The position numbers were made by a program, and so were the translations under genes. Positions 1 through 11,749 of a DNA stretch of 64,000 nt are shown here, piece by piece (the stretch's first letter is position 1; every line of letters begins with the position of its first letter). This DNA comes from Gekko japonicus (lineage: Eukaryota): positions 37,272-101,271 of the forward strand of contig NW_015163630.1 of NCBI RefSeq assembly GCF_001447785.1, read 5' to 3'. The notes below the pieces were generated by a model. It did no database searches, had not been told where the DNA came from, and saw only the letters and a list, made by a program, of their open reading frames with translations.

Positions 1-162
1 GAATGGGTTGATTTCGGTCCCCAGCACCGCGAATGGGTGGAAGAAGGGGATATTCGGGCCCCTTACCTGATCCGTAGGTTCCACAGAAGGTTCCCGGACA
101 AACCGGGAGGTCTCCCGCCCAGCCCGGGAGATCTCCCGCCCAGGCCGGGAGGTGTGTTGTAA
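1..162 (+). CDS. pol: C-terminus of Ty3/Gypsy (chromovirus, sushi-like) pol: chromodomain end; 5' part lies outside the window
   Basis: Frame +1 reads EWVDFGPQHREWVEEGDIRAPYLIRRFHRRFPDKPGGLPPSPGDLPPRPGGVL*, matching the W..(F/Y)GP...W....I.AP.L..FH..FP.KP pattern of chromoviral integrase chromodomains. It is followed by a PPT and an LTR. Confidence 0.85.
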   Translation, partial: EWVDFGPQHREWVEEGDIRAPYLIRRFHRRFPDKPGGLPPSPGDLPPRPGGVL

Positions 163-171
163 GTGTATTTT

Positions 172-184
172 AAGGGGGGCAGTA
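172..184 (+). other. Polypurine tract of the Gypsy element
   Basis: AAGGGGGGCAGTA immediately before the TG that starts the LTR. Confidence 0.75.
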
Positions 185-516
185 TGTCAGCAAGCTGCCA
201 TTCTGTTTTCTGTGACCTCTGTGTACATATCCTTTCCCTGTTACACCCGGCTTGGTTTCTATCATCCTGCTCCTGCTTTGGAATGCGTAAGATAACTGCT
301 GGAGGTTGTGTGGGGGAGAAGATGCTGTAATGCTTGCCTATTGATTTTCCCATGAGTACTGCCACCTGTGTTTTGTCTGATGCCCTGCCTGGTTCCCACG
401 TACTGGGCGCGCAACCGTTTCATTAGCCCGCCAGCGGGAAAGCAATTCATTGGATCTGTATCTATTTGAAGTTCCTTTATTATGCTTGACCTAACTGTGT
501 ATCCCCAGTTCTAACA
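185..516 (+). mobile_element. 3' LTR of the Gypsy/chromovirus retrotransposon
   Basis: Starts TGTCAG and ends CTAACA (imperfect TG...CA inverted ends), directly after the PPT. AAGAA at 517-521 is the expected right TSD. Confidence 0.75.
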
Positions 517-865
517 AAGAACGTGTTTGAGTATGTCTTCAACGCTTTGAAATAAATTTTGCTTTTCTTGAAAACGTGGATTTATTCTCGATGCTTGGGG
601 ATCCAACAATCTGATAGCTTGTGTAAAATAGTAGTCCATATTTGATAGTATCTGACATGTAGCAACATGCAGTAGCAGTAAAATACTGTCAGATTCCACA
701 AAATCCAAACTGAAAAATGCAGCATGTGACAGTCATTGACATCTGACATGCAGCAGTTGCCAGAATAGGACAGTACCAGACATGTAGCACACAGCATTTG
801 CCAGTGTTTGAAAGCAAGTATGCAATAGTACTCCATTTCAAAACAGACCTCTCCCACCATCCACT

Positions 866-1062
866 AGGGTGGTGTAGTGGTTAGAGTGTCAGACTAGGGT
901 CTGGGAGACTCAGGTTCGAATCCCCCCTCTGCCACTGAAACTTGCTGGGTATCCTTATTCTCTCTCTCAGTCTAACCTACCTCGCAGAGCTATTGTGAGG
1001 ATAAAAAGGAGGAGATGATAAGGATGTAAGCTGCTTTGGGTCCCCATTATGAGAAAGGCAAG
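866..1062 (+). mobile_element. tRNA-derived SINE (MIR/CORE-like squamate SINE)
   Basis: A box GGTGTAGTGG, B box GGTTCGAATCC, core GTGAGGATAAAA. Related copies at 8281, 9595, 10288, 17004 and 31558. Confidence 0.8.
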
Positions 1063-1595
1063 GTACTTGAAGGGCTGTCATACAGAGGATGGTGAGGAGT
1101 TGTTTCCTGTTGCCCCAAAAGGTTGGACCAGAATCAACGGGTTGAAATTAAATCAGAAGAGTTTTCAGCTAAACATCAGGAAGAACTTCCTGACAGAGCT
1201 GTTCCTCAGTGGAACAGGCTTCCTCAGGAGGTGGTGGGCTCTCCTTCTTTGGAGGTTTTCAAACAGAGGCTAGATGGCCATCTGATAGCAATGCTGATTC
1301 TGTGAACTTAGGCAGATCATGAGAGGAAGGTCAGGAAGGGTTGCCTCAGTGCTTAGTTCTTGTGGCCCTTTCTTACACGCCCAGGGAAATGCTGATTGCC
1401 ACTTTGGGGTCAGGAAGCAATTTTCTCCAGGCCAGTTTGGCCGGGGATCCTGGAGGATTTTTTCTTTTTTTGCCATCTTCTGGGCATGGAGGAGGGGTCA
1501 CTGGGGATGTGGGGGGGGGAGGTATTTGTGAATTTCCTGAATTGTGCAGGGGGTTGGCCTAGATGACCCTGAAGGTCCCTTCCAACTCTATGATT
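1063..1595 (+). mobile_element. CR1 LINE 3' fragment
   Basis: YLKGCH...FQLNIRKNFLT...WNRLPQEVVGSPSLEVFKQRLD (CR1 ORF2 end); 3' UTR GGTCCCTTCCAACTCTATGATT. Confidence 0.85.
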
Positions 1596-1952
1596 GTAGC
1601 ATTGTAAATGAAGTGTAAGAAAATTAAAAATGAATGTGTGGACTCAATCCCTATTTATTATTATATATTGTTTATGCACACTACCTACCTGCTCCTTGGG
1701 TTACCAAACATCTCTGCATCTCTGCTTTGCAAGAAAATAGGGCTACTTTCTTCCATCTGCCTAAATTTGAATGAGGAATACAACTCCTGAGAATTTCATC
1801 TCAACTGGATGAGAGGAGAAATACTACATCTGGAACTGTTTCCCCATTGAAAGTAATGGAAACAATGACCCAAGACAGGGTTTTTTTTGTTTTTTTAATG
1901 TGATAACCCCACAAAAAGTGATTTTTTTCTGGAACTGGCATTCACAGAGCAA

Positions 1953-2785
1953 GAGCTTGGAGTGCTCATGGACCCACCCTTGCCATTTGAAGAGCAAGTT
2001 GCTTTCTATCAGCTGCATTGGGTTCACCGACTCTTCTTTCTTAGACACAGGCAAACTGGCCATGCTAATCCATGCTTTTGTAACTTTGCAGTTGGACTAC
2101 TGTTACATGCTCTAAGTTGGGCTGCCCTTGAGGATAACCCAGAAAGTACAACTGGTTCAGAATGCAGCAGTCCAACTGCTGTTCAGGGATAGCCAATGGC
2201 ATATCTTGACTATTTCAAAACAGGTACATTGGTTGCCAGCACTTCAATCAAGATCCTGGTTGCAGCTTTTAAAGCCTTTGACAGTCTAGGACCAACACAT
2301 CTGTTATATGTCCACAGGCACCAACTGTGGGCTTCTGGTTGCCACCTTGTGTTGTTAGCCTGCTTGAAATGGCCCCTTTGGCATCTACTATAGCTCGTTC
2401 CTTTCCTATACAGGCTCCCACTTTGTGAAACATGCTTGCTGAGGAAGTGAGGAGGAGTGTGCTATCTTTAGGGGTGATTTCCCACAAGCGCTGCTCCGCG
2501 CTCACTCTTCTCTTTGGTCCGATGGTACGTGTCAATTTCACACAAGCTGCTGTGCGACCGCATTTTGCCCCGCAGCTTTGTGCGATTTTCCCCACGTCTA
2601 CTCAAGTAGACACGGGGAAAATCGCACGAAGCTGTGGGGCAAAATGCGGCCGTGCAGTAGCTTGTGTGAAATTGACACGTACCATCGGGGCAAAAGGGAG
2701 GAGTGAGTGCAGAGCAGCGCTTATGGGAAATCACCCTAGATGTTTTTAGAAGACACTTGCCTGCCTCAGTGCAATGGGCCTGTGT
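1953..2785 (+). mobile_element. Degenerate L2-type LINE ORF2 fragment, interrupted by a foldback MITE
   Basis: LIHAFVTLQLDYC, KVQLVQNAA and IKILVAAFKAF motifs across frames. Confidence 0.65.
2472..2736. mobile_element. Palindromic (foldback) MITE, PIF/Harbinger-like
   Basis: About 130-bp imperfect inverted arms centred at 2603-2604; ends GGGTGATTTCCCA / TGGGAAATCACCC; 3-bp TSD TAG on both sides. Confidence 0.8.
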
Positions 2786-2792
2786 ATTTAAT

Positions 2793-2900
2793 ATGTTGTT
2801 GAAGGCTTTCACGGCCGGAGTTCATTAGTTATTGTAGATTTTCCGGGCTATACAGGCCAAAACCACAGCCATGCAGCCCGGAAAATCTGCAACAACTAAT
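2793..2900. mobile_element. Penelope-like terminal remnant (inverted, internally deleted)
   Basis: TGTTGTTGAAGGCTTTCACGGCCGG start, and inverted ATTAGTT..GATTTTCCGGGCT / AGCCCGGAAAATC..AACTAAT, as seen in squamate Penelope ends. Confidence 0.5.
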
Positions 2901-3787
2901 GGCCTGTGTATTGTCAGGGGCTGGGATGCCTCCGCTCCCCATCCCAGCCTCCTTGGGTCCAGGCTGTGGGCTGTGGGCCCAATTATCTTGCTTAGCCATG
3001 GAGGAGAGAGTCAGTCATGTGGGTATTGCCTGGACGCCTCAACAATTCTACCTGTGTAATACCATTTTCTGCATTGTTTAGCACATCATGCCTAATACTC
3101 TGTGCTTCGTTTCATATTCCTGTAATCTGTCCTATTGCATGGCTTATTAGATATGTCATCCTATGGATTGCATTTACTTACACTGCATCATCCGCCTTGA
3201 GTCTCTGTGAGAAAGGCAGACTATAAACACACGGTTAGTAATAAATAAATACTTATAAAATGCTGTCTTAAATGTCAGTTGCATGATAAATTGAAATCTT
3301 CACAAACAGGAAGGAGACTTTTAAAGTATCTGTCCATTCCTACCCAAAAAGGTGCAAGACACACAGCATCCTCAGTAGATACTCTCTGTGAAAATTTCCA
3401 GTACCAATGGATGGGGTATCAATCACACTGTGGCTGATGTGTATCCTATACAAGGGTCACTTGTACCTCCATTTATTGAACGATAGCACCTGGCCCTCAT
3501 TGAATGTTGACAGTAGATCCATACAATTCAAGCCTGATCAAAATAGTGATTTCTCAGTGCTAAGCATTCTGACATGCCACACTGAGGTCGTATGGGACTC
3601 AGAATGAATCACAGAGAAGAGAATGAGCAGAACAAATCAGAACTAATAGAAAAAAATATGTCAACAGAGCTGGAAAATAATCCAGCCCCACACATGCAGA
3701 GTTGCTTTCAAGAAAGTTTACTGTAACAACAGGATTTGCAAAAAGCATTAAGTTACTGCAAGCCTTACAGAGTTACTGCAGGCATTC

Positions 3788-4432
3788 TAGGGTTGCCAGG
3801 CCCAGCTGGAGATTGGAAGGGGCAAGCTGTTGGGTGATAGTGTGACATCACTTCTGGTAAGACCTGGAAATGATGTCATACCTCTCTAGGAATTGGGTGA
3901 ATCTTTAAGGTAAAATCATAGATTTTCCCCGGCCATTCCTAATGAGGACTGACTTCCACGCAAATAATGTCAGTCCTTTTAAGAATTGCAAAAAAATCTA
4001 TAGTTTTACCACGGAGTTTCAGCCAGTTTCTAGAGAGGCATGACATGACTTCTTGGTTTCCCAGTTCCTAGACAGGTGTCATGTCACTCCAGGTTTTCCC
4101 AGAAATTACTCTGCACCATCTCCCAAAAGCCATTTTTTAAATTCTTTCTCCAATCACTGCTCAGAGTGATTGTGGGAAATTAGGGTTGCCATGTCCCCTC
4201 TCACCACTGGTGGGGGATGGCTGGGTAGGGTTGCCAGATCCAGGTTGGGGAGCCTGAAGATTTGGGGATGGAGCCTGGGGAGGTCAGCATCAGGGACCTC
4301 AGTGGGGTACAATGAAACAGAGTACATCCTCCAAAGCATCCATTTTCTCCAGGAGAACTGATCTCTGTAATCTGTAGATTAACTCATTCAGGGAGATCCC
4401 CAGGTCCCACATGGACGCTGGCATCCCCATGG
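3788..4432. mobile_element. Compound TAGGGTTGCC-family non-autonomous DNA transposon cluster
   Basis: Several TAGGGTTGCCA ends, repeated TGACATCACTTC/GAAATGATGTCA motifs, terminal TGGCATCCCCA. Confidence 0.55.
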
Positions 4433-4769
4433 GAAATGACAGATGAGCCCAGCAACCTTAAAGCCTTGCAATAGAAAAGGGAAACTTTCAGGATATAAGC
4501 ATTTACAGCCAGATAGGAAGCAAAACAAGAGGCAGAGGGGAAAACCAGGGAAGCATTCAACAAGCTCTAAACAGTAGACAGAATGCACTTCAATTCCCCC
4601 TAGAGTTCAGATAGACTAACATACCCTGTATCTGCCTTTATATTCATAAAATGCTGACACGCTGTAGCTACTCCAACAAACTATTTTGTTAAAAATTTCT
4701 GTGATTTCTTTGTCAAGTATATTTAAAGACATTCCACGTTAAGAGAAAAACTGACTTGCTATTTTATTT

Positions 4770-6281
4770 GTAGTTGCCAAGCAGTTCCAGAGTTTTCTGG
4801 ATGACACATCAGCACTGGATCTATTCCAGTCCGGCTTCCACCCTGGCCATGGGATCGTTGCCCTGATCGAGGTGGGTCAGCGCTGTTGTTGTTATTAGAT
4901 CTCACAGCATCCAACAAAGTTACGATCTTCTAACTCACTGCCTCACCAACATGAGAGTTCGTGGGGGAGCCTTACAATGGTTTACCTCATTTCTCCACGG
5001 TTGGGAACAGAGTGTGGTGCTATGGGAGAGGGGGGTCACCTGGGTACCCCCTGATGTGTGGGGTTCCCCAGGGAGCAATCCTCACTCCGATATTATTTAA
5101 CATCTATATGCGCCCCCTCACTCAGCTGGTGCGGAGTTTTGGGCTGGGGTGTCACTAGTAACTATGCTGACACCCAGCTATATCTGTTTTTGGATGGCCA
5201 CCTGGATACCGCTCCTGACAATCTGGCTGAGGGTTTGGAGGCCACGGTGGGGTGATTAAAAAGAGCAAAGTGAGACTGAATCCGACAAAGACAGAAGATC
5301 TGTGGCTGGGGGAGGGCTTTGGGATTGGGGCACAGACTTCCCACTCTTGATGAGGCACCACTGGTACTGGGACCATCCATCAGGAGTCTGGGCGTGACTC
5401 TGGATGCCTCTCTAACTATGGACACCCAGGTCACAAATATTGCCAGGTGGGCATATTTCCATCTCTGCCAAGCTTGGCAACTAGCCCCTTTCCTGTTGCG
5501 CCATGACCTAGCCACTGTAATCCATGCAATGGTCACCTCCAGGCTAACTATTGTAACTCACTCTACACTGGCCTGTCCACGAGACTGACCCAGAAGCTCC
5601 AGCTTGTCCAGAATGTGATGGCACAAATCCTGACTGGAACGCCTCTGACAACACATATACAACCGGTGCTGTGTCAGCTACACAGGCTCCCAGTGGAATA
5701 CTGAGTCAGGTTTGAGATTCTGGTGTTGACCTTCGAAGCCTTGGCCAGTTTGGGACCTGCGTATCTTCAGGACCACCTCCTCTGGTATGTCCCCAGAAGA
5801 GCATTACACTCAGCTGAGAACAATCTACTGGTGGTCCCTGGCCCTAAAGATATCCAGCTATCCTTGACCAGAGCCAGGGCCTTCTTGGTCCTGGCTTTGA
5901 CCTGGTGGAACTCTCTGCCAAATACCACCTGGGCCTTGCAGGACTTAATGAAGTTCCGCAGGGCCTGTAAGGCAGAGATGTTCCACCAGGCCTTTGGTTG
6001 AGGACAGTGACAGCTCCATCATAGCCAGCACCCTCCTCCTCCTCTTCCTCTTTTTTCCTTCATACTTGCTTCAGCCCTCTCCTCACCTGCAAGCAGTCAG
6101 TGATGCAGACCAGAGCAGGGTAGTGAAGAAACTGACGCCATCTGAAATAATGTAGTCATCCTTTTTGGGGTTTTGTTTTTAATTTGTTTTTAATGGTTGT
6201 ACATCGCCTAGTGTCTTATATCGTAGGGAACACGTAATAATAATAATAATAATAATAGTAATAATAATAATAGTAATAATA
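4770..6281 (+). mobile_element. 5'-truncated degenerate L2-type LINE (RT domain to 3' end)
   Basis: LDLFQSGFHPGHG, CGVPQGAILTPILFNIYMRPL, YADTQLY, LGVTLD and WWNSLP motifs with frameshifts; (TAA)n tail at 6235-6281. Confidence 0.85.
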
Positions 6282-6527
6282 ACTTTATTCTTGTGAGTGG
6301 CTTTGGGTACTCCGTTTGACTTCCGCTATTTCATTATATAAATTTCTTGTGCCCAGGGGGGGGGGGGTTGTGTTAAATCAGAAGATGGGAGGTAGCATTT
6401 CAGTCACTTTCTTCTTCCCCCTGCATCACAGCCCTGATTGAAATTGCCCTCTTCTCTACCCTCTTAGATGCTATTTGCAACTTTCAAAACAGCAGACAGT
6501 ATGTTTACAGATGTCCTGTAACCATGA

Positions 6528-6883
6528 ATTATGGTGCTGGAGAAGACTCTTGAGAGTCCCTTGGACTGCAAAGAGATCAAATCAGTCAATCCTAAAAGAA
6601 ATCAGTCCTGACTGTTCCCTGGAAGGCCAGATACTAAGGCTAAAGCTCAAATATTTTGGCCACCAAATGAGAAGGGAGCACTCACTGGAGAAGACCCTGA
6701 TGCTGGGAAAGATTGAAGGTAAAAGAAGAAGGGTAAAAGGATGAGATGGGTAGACAGTGTTATTGATGCAACGAACATGAAATTAAGCAAACTCCGGAGG
6801 ACAATAGAAGACAGGAGGGCCTGGCATGACGTGGTCCGTGAGGTCACAAAGAGTCGGACTCGACTATGCGACTGAACAACAAA
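6528..6883 (+). mobile_element. BovB 3' fragment
   Basis: ELWCWRRLLRVPWTAKRSNQSILKEI...LEKTLMLGKIEG; ends GACTGAACAACAA; TSD AACCATGA at 6520-6527 and 6884-6891. Confidence 0.9.
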
Positions 6884-8280
6884 AACCATGATTTATTAAA
6901 ATCCTGAGTTTGCCAGCTTCATGCAGCAAAACCTGCTTCAGTCCAGTGCTTTTCAAGGCACTAATGTTGCATATGCTTGACACCAAACCACAGGAGTGCT
7001 AAACGAAAGGAGAGCCGCAACCTTTTCACAACCAGAATGAGAAGATGTTCAAACAAGTGACACTATTGCTGTAGATGCATTGATAGCCTGCTAAGTGATT
7101 CCTCCCTCCCTCGTTCCTGTTCTATGGTTTACAGGTAGCCTTAAATGTCAAGGCACTTGAGCGTTTTAACACATGTTAACCACTAAAGCTGCCTTAAACA
7201 CTTGAACTGTTTTAGTGCCTTGGGTCACCTCCAAGAGTATCTTGAGTTAATCAGAAAAGCAATGCTTAAATCAGGACAATAGACAGGCAACCCTAAGAAC
7301 AGCCATACTGGAGACACTGCCGGAGGTGCTCACCTCAAAGTGTTCAAAAGCCACGCAAATCTACGTTGAATTCTGCTGTGTTGAAATTTAGATGACTACA
7401 TCTGATTATGCTTGTGAATTTCAGCCTTAGGGACAAAACCACTAGGGAGACACATTAATGAGTTTAAGTCGCTCGCAGATTTTGCAAAATACAGCATGTG
7501 TACAGTACAGCAATGAGAAACAGCTCAATCTCTCTTGAACGACACACATTCCAATTTCAGTCTGCTTTTAATGAACCATAAAACAATCAGTGAAAACTGC
7601 CTGCAATATTTTCAATAAATTCTTCCAACCTCTCTATTTACAGCTTGCAAATGAAGTGGGTACATGGGGGAACAACTGAAATAATTACACTGGGTCCTGA
7701 CAAACCTTTCTCTGACCTCTCTGCCTGAGGGTGTGTGAAAGGTACAGTTAACCAAAAGACCTCTCTTTCTTAAAACAGCTTAGAAAACACTCCCTCCTCG
7801 ATCTAATATGTGCAAGAAGTCTCAGAGCTTAGTGAGACAATAAAGATGCAGAAGTTGCTATCTTAAGGTTGTTAGTACATGCTTATCACCCCCAAATTCT
7901 AGGATATTTCAGAACTGGACTATACCTTACCATGGCCATAGGGATGCCACCAAACATGGCATAGCTGTGGTAACACTCTTACTTTTTCTACCATAACATC
8001 TAAGGGTATTTCATCATGTGGATTCAAGTCAAATGGTGCATATGTGGCATGGCATCTTCTAGACTTTATGATAAGGGATGTAGAAGAACTCATCATAACC
8101 ATGCTGTTTTCAAAGATGCCTTCATGGCAAGTATAGCTCAGAGCCTTAAATTTCAGCAATACCACCTCAGTAATTTCCTCAGGCCATTCCCAGGCTCTGT
8201 GTTCTCTATGGATCTGTGATGCCACCTTTAAATATTTGTAGCCCAACTTTTCTTGGGGCTCAAGGCACTATACAAGTGTG

Positions 8281-8500
8281 AGTCAGCGTGGTGTAGTGGT
8301 TAGAGAGGGTCAAACTGGGATCTGGGAGACACAGGTTCAAAGCCACACTCTGCCATAAAAGCTTTGCGCTTGAGCAAGTGACACACACTCAGCCTAACCT
8401 CCCTCACAAGGTTGTTGTGAGGATAAAATGGAGGAGAGGAGAATGTTGTAAGCCACTTTGGGTCCCCAGTGGGAAGAAAGGTGGGATGAAAATAAAGTTA
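8281..8500 (+). mobile_element. tRNA-derived SINE
   Basis: A and B boxes, CTCAGCCTAACC..GTTGTGAGGATAAAATGG core, A-rich tail. Confidence 0.8.
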
Positions 8501-8644
8501 AAAAAATAAAAATCACAATTAAAACATTATAATTTAAAAGCAACAGAATAAAACCCCAAATACCCATTCTGTCTGAGATAAAGCAAGATGTTTCTACTAG
8601 TCAGCCCCATACCTAGGAATTTGGGGGGGGGGCACCGGGGGCAC

Positions 8645-8928
8645 TAGGGTTGCCAAGTCCCCCCAGGGGGCAGATTTCCCCCCGCTTTGGAAGCCCGATT
8701 TCCGCCCCCGCGGAATTGGGCCCCAGGGGAAACCCCACCCCCACATGTGCGCTGCCCGGATGTGACATCATGACGCCGGGCACGCTGCGGGTGGGGCCAC
8801 AGCCATTTGAGGGGAAAACTCTATGACGTCACATCCAGGCGGCACGCGCGCACTTTGCGCGCACACACACACTCAAGACGCCGGGCAGGAGCCCCCCGCC
8901 GCCAGGTAAAAAAGATTTGGCAACCCTA
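8645..8928. mobile_element. hAT-type MITE (TAGGGTTGCCA TIR)
   Basis: TIRs TAGGGTTGCCAA / TTGGCAACCCTA; perfect 8-bp TSD GGGGGCAC; CpG-rich, so probably young. Confidence 0.85.
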
Positions 8929-9713
8929 GGGGGCACTAATTTAATTAATTTAATTAAGGCAGCTGTGGAGTAAGAGGGGTGGCCTTACTGGGTCTTCCTG
9001 CTCACCGGCTCACCGCTGGCTTTTCAAAGCCCCTCTCCCTCCTTTCCTGCTTAGAAAGCTTTGAAAGGAAGCATCAGGAAGAGCCAGCGAGGTCACATGA
9101 CCTACCCTGCCACCCTGCCTCTCCTCCATCCCTCTCCCTTCGGAGCATCAGCAGGTGTCTGCCCATGCTCAACTTGCCCGGCACAACTGCTGCAGGAGCC
9201 TCAGCAGCAGCCATGAGCCAGGCAACCTCCCTGTCCTTTCCAGCTGCTGTGTCAGCATCAGCCCCAGCCCATGCTTGGGGAGTGTTGTGATGGGGGCACC
9301 CTGATGAAATAGGGATGCCGCCTGCTGTGTTCCCCCCCCCCGGCTGCAGCACTGCTACCAGTTGTTCACTTTCATCAATTAATTTAAGTCTTTGCCCCTA
9401 GATGTTAACATGACTTGAAAGGCTTTTTTAAGGTTCACATGTGTGATAGTTTAAGTGTACTTTTAAGAATATAAGCAGAAGTTTACAACAAATGTACAAA
9501 TACAGTTTTTGTATAAATGGATATCATTCAGGTATTCTTGCCAGGGATCAAATTCCTTGTTGAGTATATACTCATTAGTATTCTAGCTCAGTAGGCAGTG
9601 TAGTGCAGTGAGTACAGTGTTGGACTAACTCTGGACAGAATTGGGTTCATATCCCCATTCAGCCAATCAGACTCCCTAGGCCAGTCAATCTCACACTCAG
9701 CATAACTCGTTCA

Positions 9714-10259
9714 TGTTGGAATATGTAAGGTCTATCATGCATAGATAAAGAAGATGACAAGAACATCCTGCAGGGGGCAGCAAAGGGAACAACTACTTAG
9801 CATAGTGAGATTAGGGGCTTCCTGCTATTTTCAAATAGTCTCCTTCCTGTCTCCTGATTGGCCCAGTTAGGACTCTTTCCTGCTCCTGCTGAGAACAGGT
9901 TGTTACTGACTTTCTCCTGGCTAGTTAGGAACGATGCTCCCTCTAAGCTGTGGAGTCTTGTGAGCAGAAATTCTACTTTGTGAGCTATTGGCATTAAAGC
10001 TGTGAGCAAACAATTTGGCTACTGTATGAATTAGTTTGCTCTGGAGCCATCCTTCCTGAGCTAAGACAAAAATGTGTGAGCTGAAGGCTAAAAAACTGTG
10101 AGCTAGCTCACACTAACTCAGCTTAGAGGGAACACTGTTTAGAAAGACATCTCTTTCTCTCTCTTCTTTCTTACAAAGTTTGTTCTCTTCTTAATAAACC
10201 GACTTTACTCTTTAAACATCTTGTGCTCCACTTCACTGAGTCTCTACACTCTGCCAAGA
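9714..10259 (+). mobile_element. Solo LTR inserted in a SINE and carrying a nested hAT MITE
   Basis: Ends TGTTGG / CCAAGA (one mismatch); 5-bp TSD GTTCA at 9709-9713 and 10260-10264; AATAAA near 10193; SINE head at 9595-9708 and core GTGAGGATAA resuming after the LTR. Confidence 0.6.
9932..10137 (-). mobile_element. hAT MITE family A, copy 1
   Basis: TIR ..CCCTCTAAGCTG / CAGCTTAGAGGGAACACTG; degenerate TSD GTTAGGAA / TTTAGAAA. Confidence 0.85.
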
Positions 10260-10287
10260 GTTCACAAGTGAGGATAACCTCTAATCC

Positions 10288-10505
10288 TTTTTTTAATTTA
10301 TACCCCACTTTTATCCCCAGTGGGTATCCAAAGAGGCTTACAATATCATTCTCCATTTTATCCTCACAATAACAACCCTGTGGAGTAGATTATGCTGAGT
10401 GAAGAGACTGGCCTATGGTCAACTAGTGAGTTTTCATGGCAGAATAGGGATTTTAACCTGGGTCTCCCAAATCCTGGCCCAATGCTCAAGCCACTATACC
10501 ATGTT
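10288..10505 (-). mobile_element. tRNA-derived SINE
   Basis: Reverse complement of the 8281 SINE (CCATTTTATCCTCACAA...CCACTATACCA). Confidence 0.75.
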
Positions 10506-11749
10506 GGTTCTAAAATGGAAGGGGGGGGGGGAAACCATGTATGCCACCTTAACCCCCTTGAAGAAAAGGTGGGGAGTGAAAACATAACAGCCAGCCAAGA
10601 TTTTCATTACATAATGCATGAAATACATTTATAATTCATCTCTTGAACATATAGACAACTCACTGGCTATGCAGGGGTTATTACCCCACAATAACTGATT
10701 GTGTAAATAGGTTTGAAGGAAGAGGTTGCTTGCTCGAACCAAATTTAAGCTAGAAAAACAAAGTATTTGGCTGCCTGTAAGAAATGGGCTGTCGGATATT
10801 CACTAACACAAACCATTTACTAATTTGATGGTTTAGAAAAAGCAAGAAAGCCAGGCTAATTTAAAGGGGGGGACTATAGCAACACAGCTAATTACACTAG
10901 CCATGAGGGAATCAGGAATGATTAGAGTGCCCAGCTCTACAAGGGCCCCTTCGGGATCTCTGGGTTTTTGGAAAAGGACTAGCTCAGCTGCTCCACAGAC
11001 AACTCAAGTGAAACTGCCAAGTTAGATCTGGTTTCAATTAAAGCAAATAAAGATGAAATCAATGAATTAATTCCACATGGCTTCAAATAGATTAGTGGGG
11101 TGTATAATGTGAGGAAAGATTACAGTAAATTTGCAGGGTATTCCAGAATCGGTTTTAAAAAATAGTTGACCCATTACATTTTACATGATTTGACCCCCCC
11201 CCCGCCACCACCAATGCATTGTTCTCAATATTGAAATGGACAACTGAAATATCACAGAAATATGTTCGGCTATATTGGGCTCAGCAATGATGCTGGGCCT
11301 TTCCTATAAAACAGTTGCAATTTCTACAGAAGGGCAGCCTCTAGGTGGTGCCATCTATCCAGCAGATATGCCAAAGAAGGCATGGAAGGAGGCTACACTG
11401 GTAGCTGCTCCCCAGATTTAGAGGTTCGGAAGGGGGGGGGACATATTGATTTTTGAGTAATCAAAGCTCTTCATAAATGTCATCTCAGTAGTCCTTTCAA
11501 CAACACTGTAGGGCTGAAACTTAGGAGACCGTGGCTTGCCTAAGGCAACCAAGTAAAGCAAGTCCATAGCTGAACTGATCTGAACTAGGGACACACCAGG
11601 GACACCAGACTGTACCAGTCCCCATTTACTGTCCCCCCCCCCCAGCATTACCTCTGGCTGGCCTGATGAAGAGTTATAGTGAACGGAAAAAGTTGTACAC
11701 AGTTGTGTGTCATTGGGCCGGTCCTAATAATTGGACATGGAATGTGTTC

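Noticed and set aside
63-365. 100-aa minus-strand ORF with PPGLGGR repeats
   Set aside because: Antisense shadow of the Gypsy pol tail and LTR; the real frame is on the plus strand
866-935. tRNA-like A/B boxes (and the 5S-like sequence at 11850-11930)
   Set aside because: These are SINE heads continuing into SINE bodies, not functional tRNA or rRNA genes
7920-8246. 108-aa ORF with a good GTAAGG donor, a possible minus-strand exon (7931-8225)
   Set aside because: Weak acceptor, no recognisable protein similarity and no partner exons
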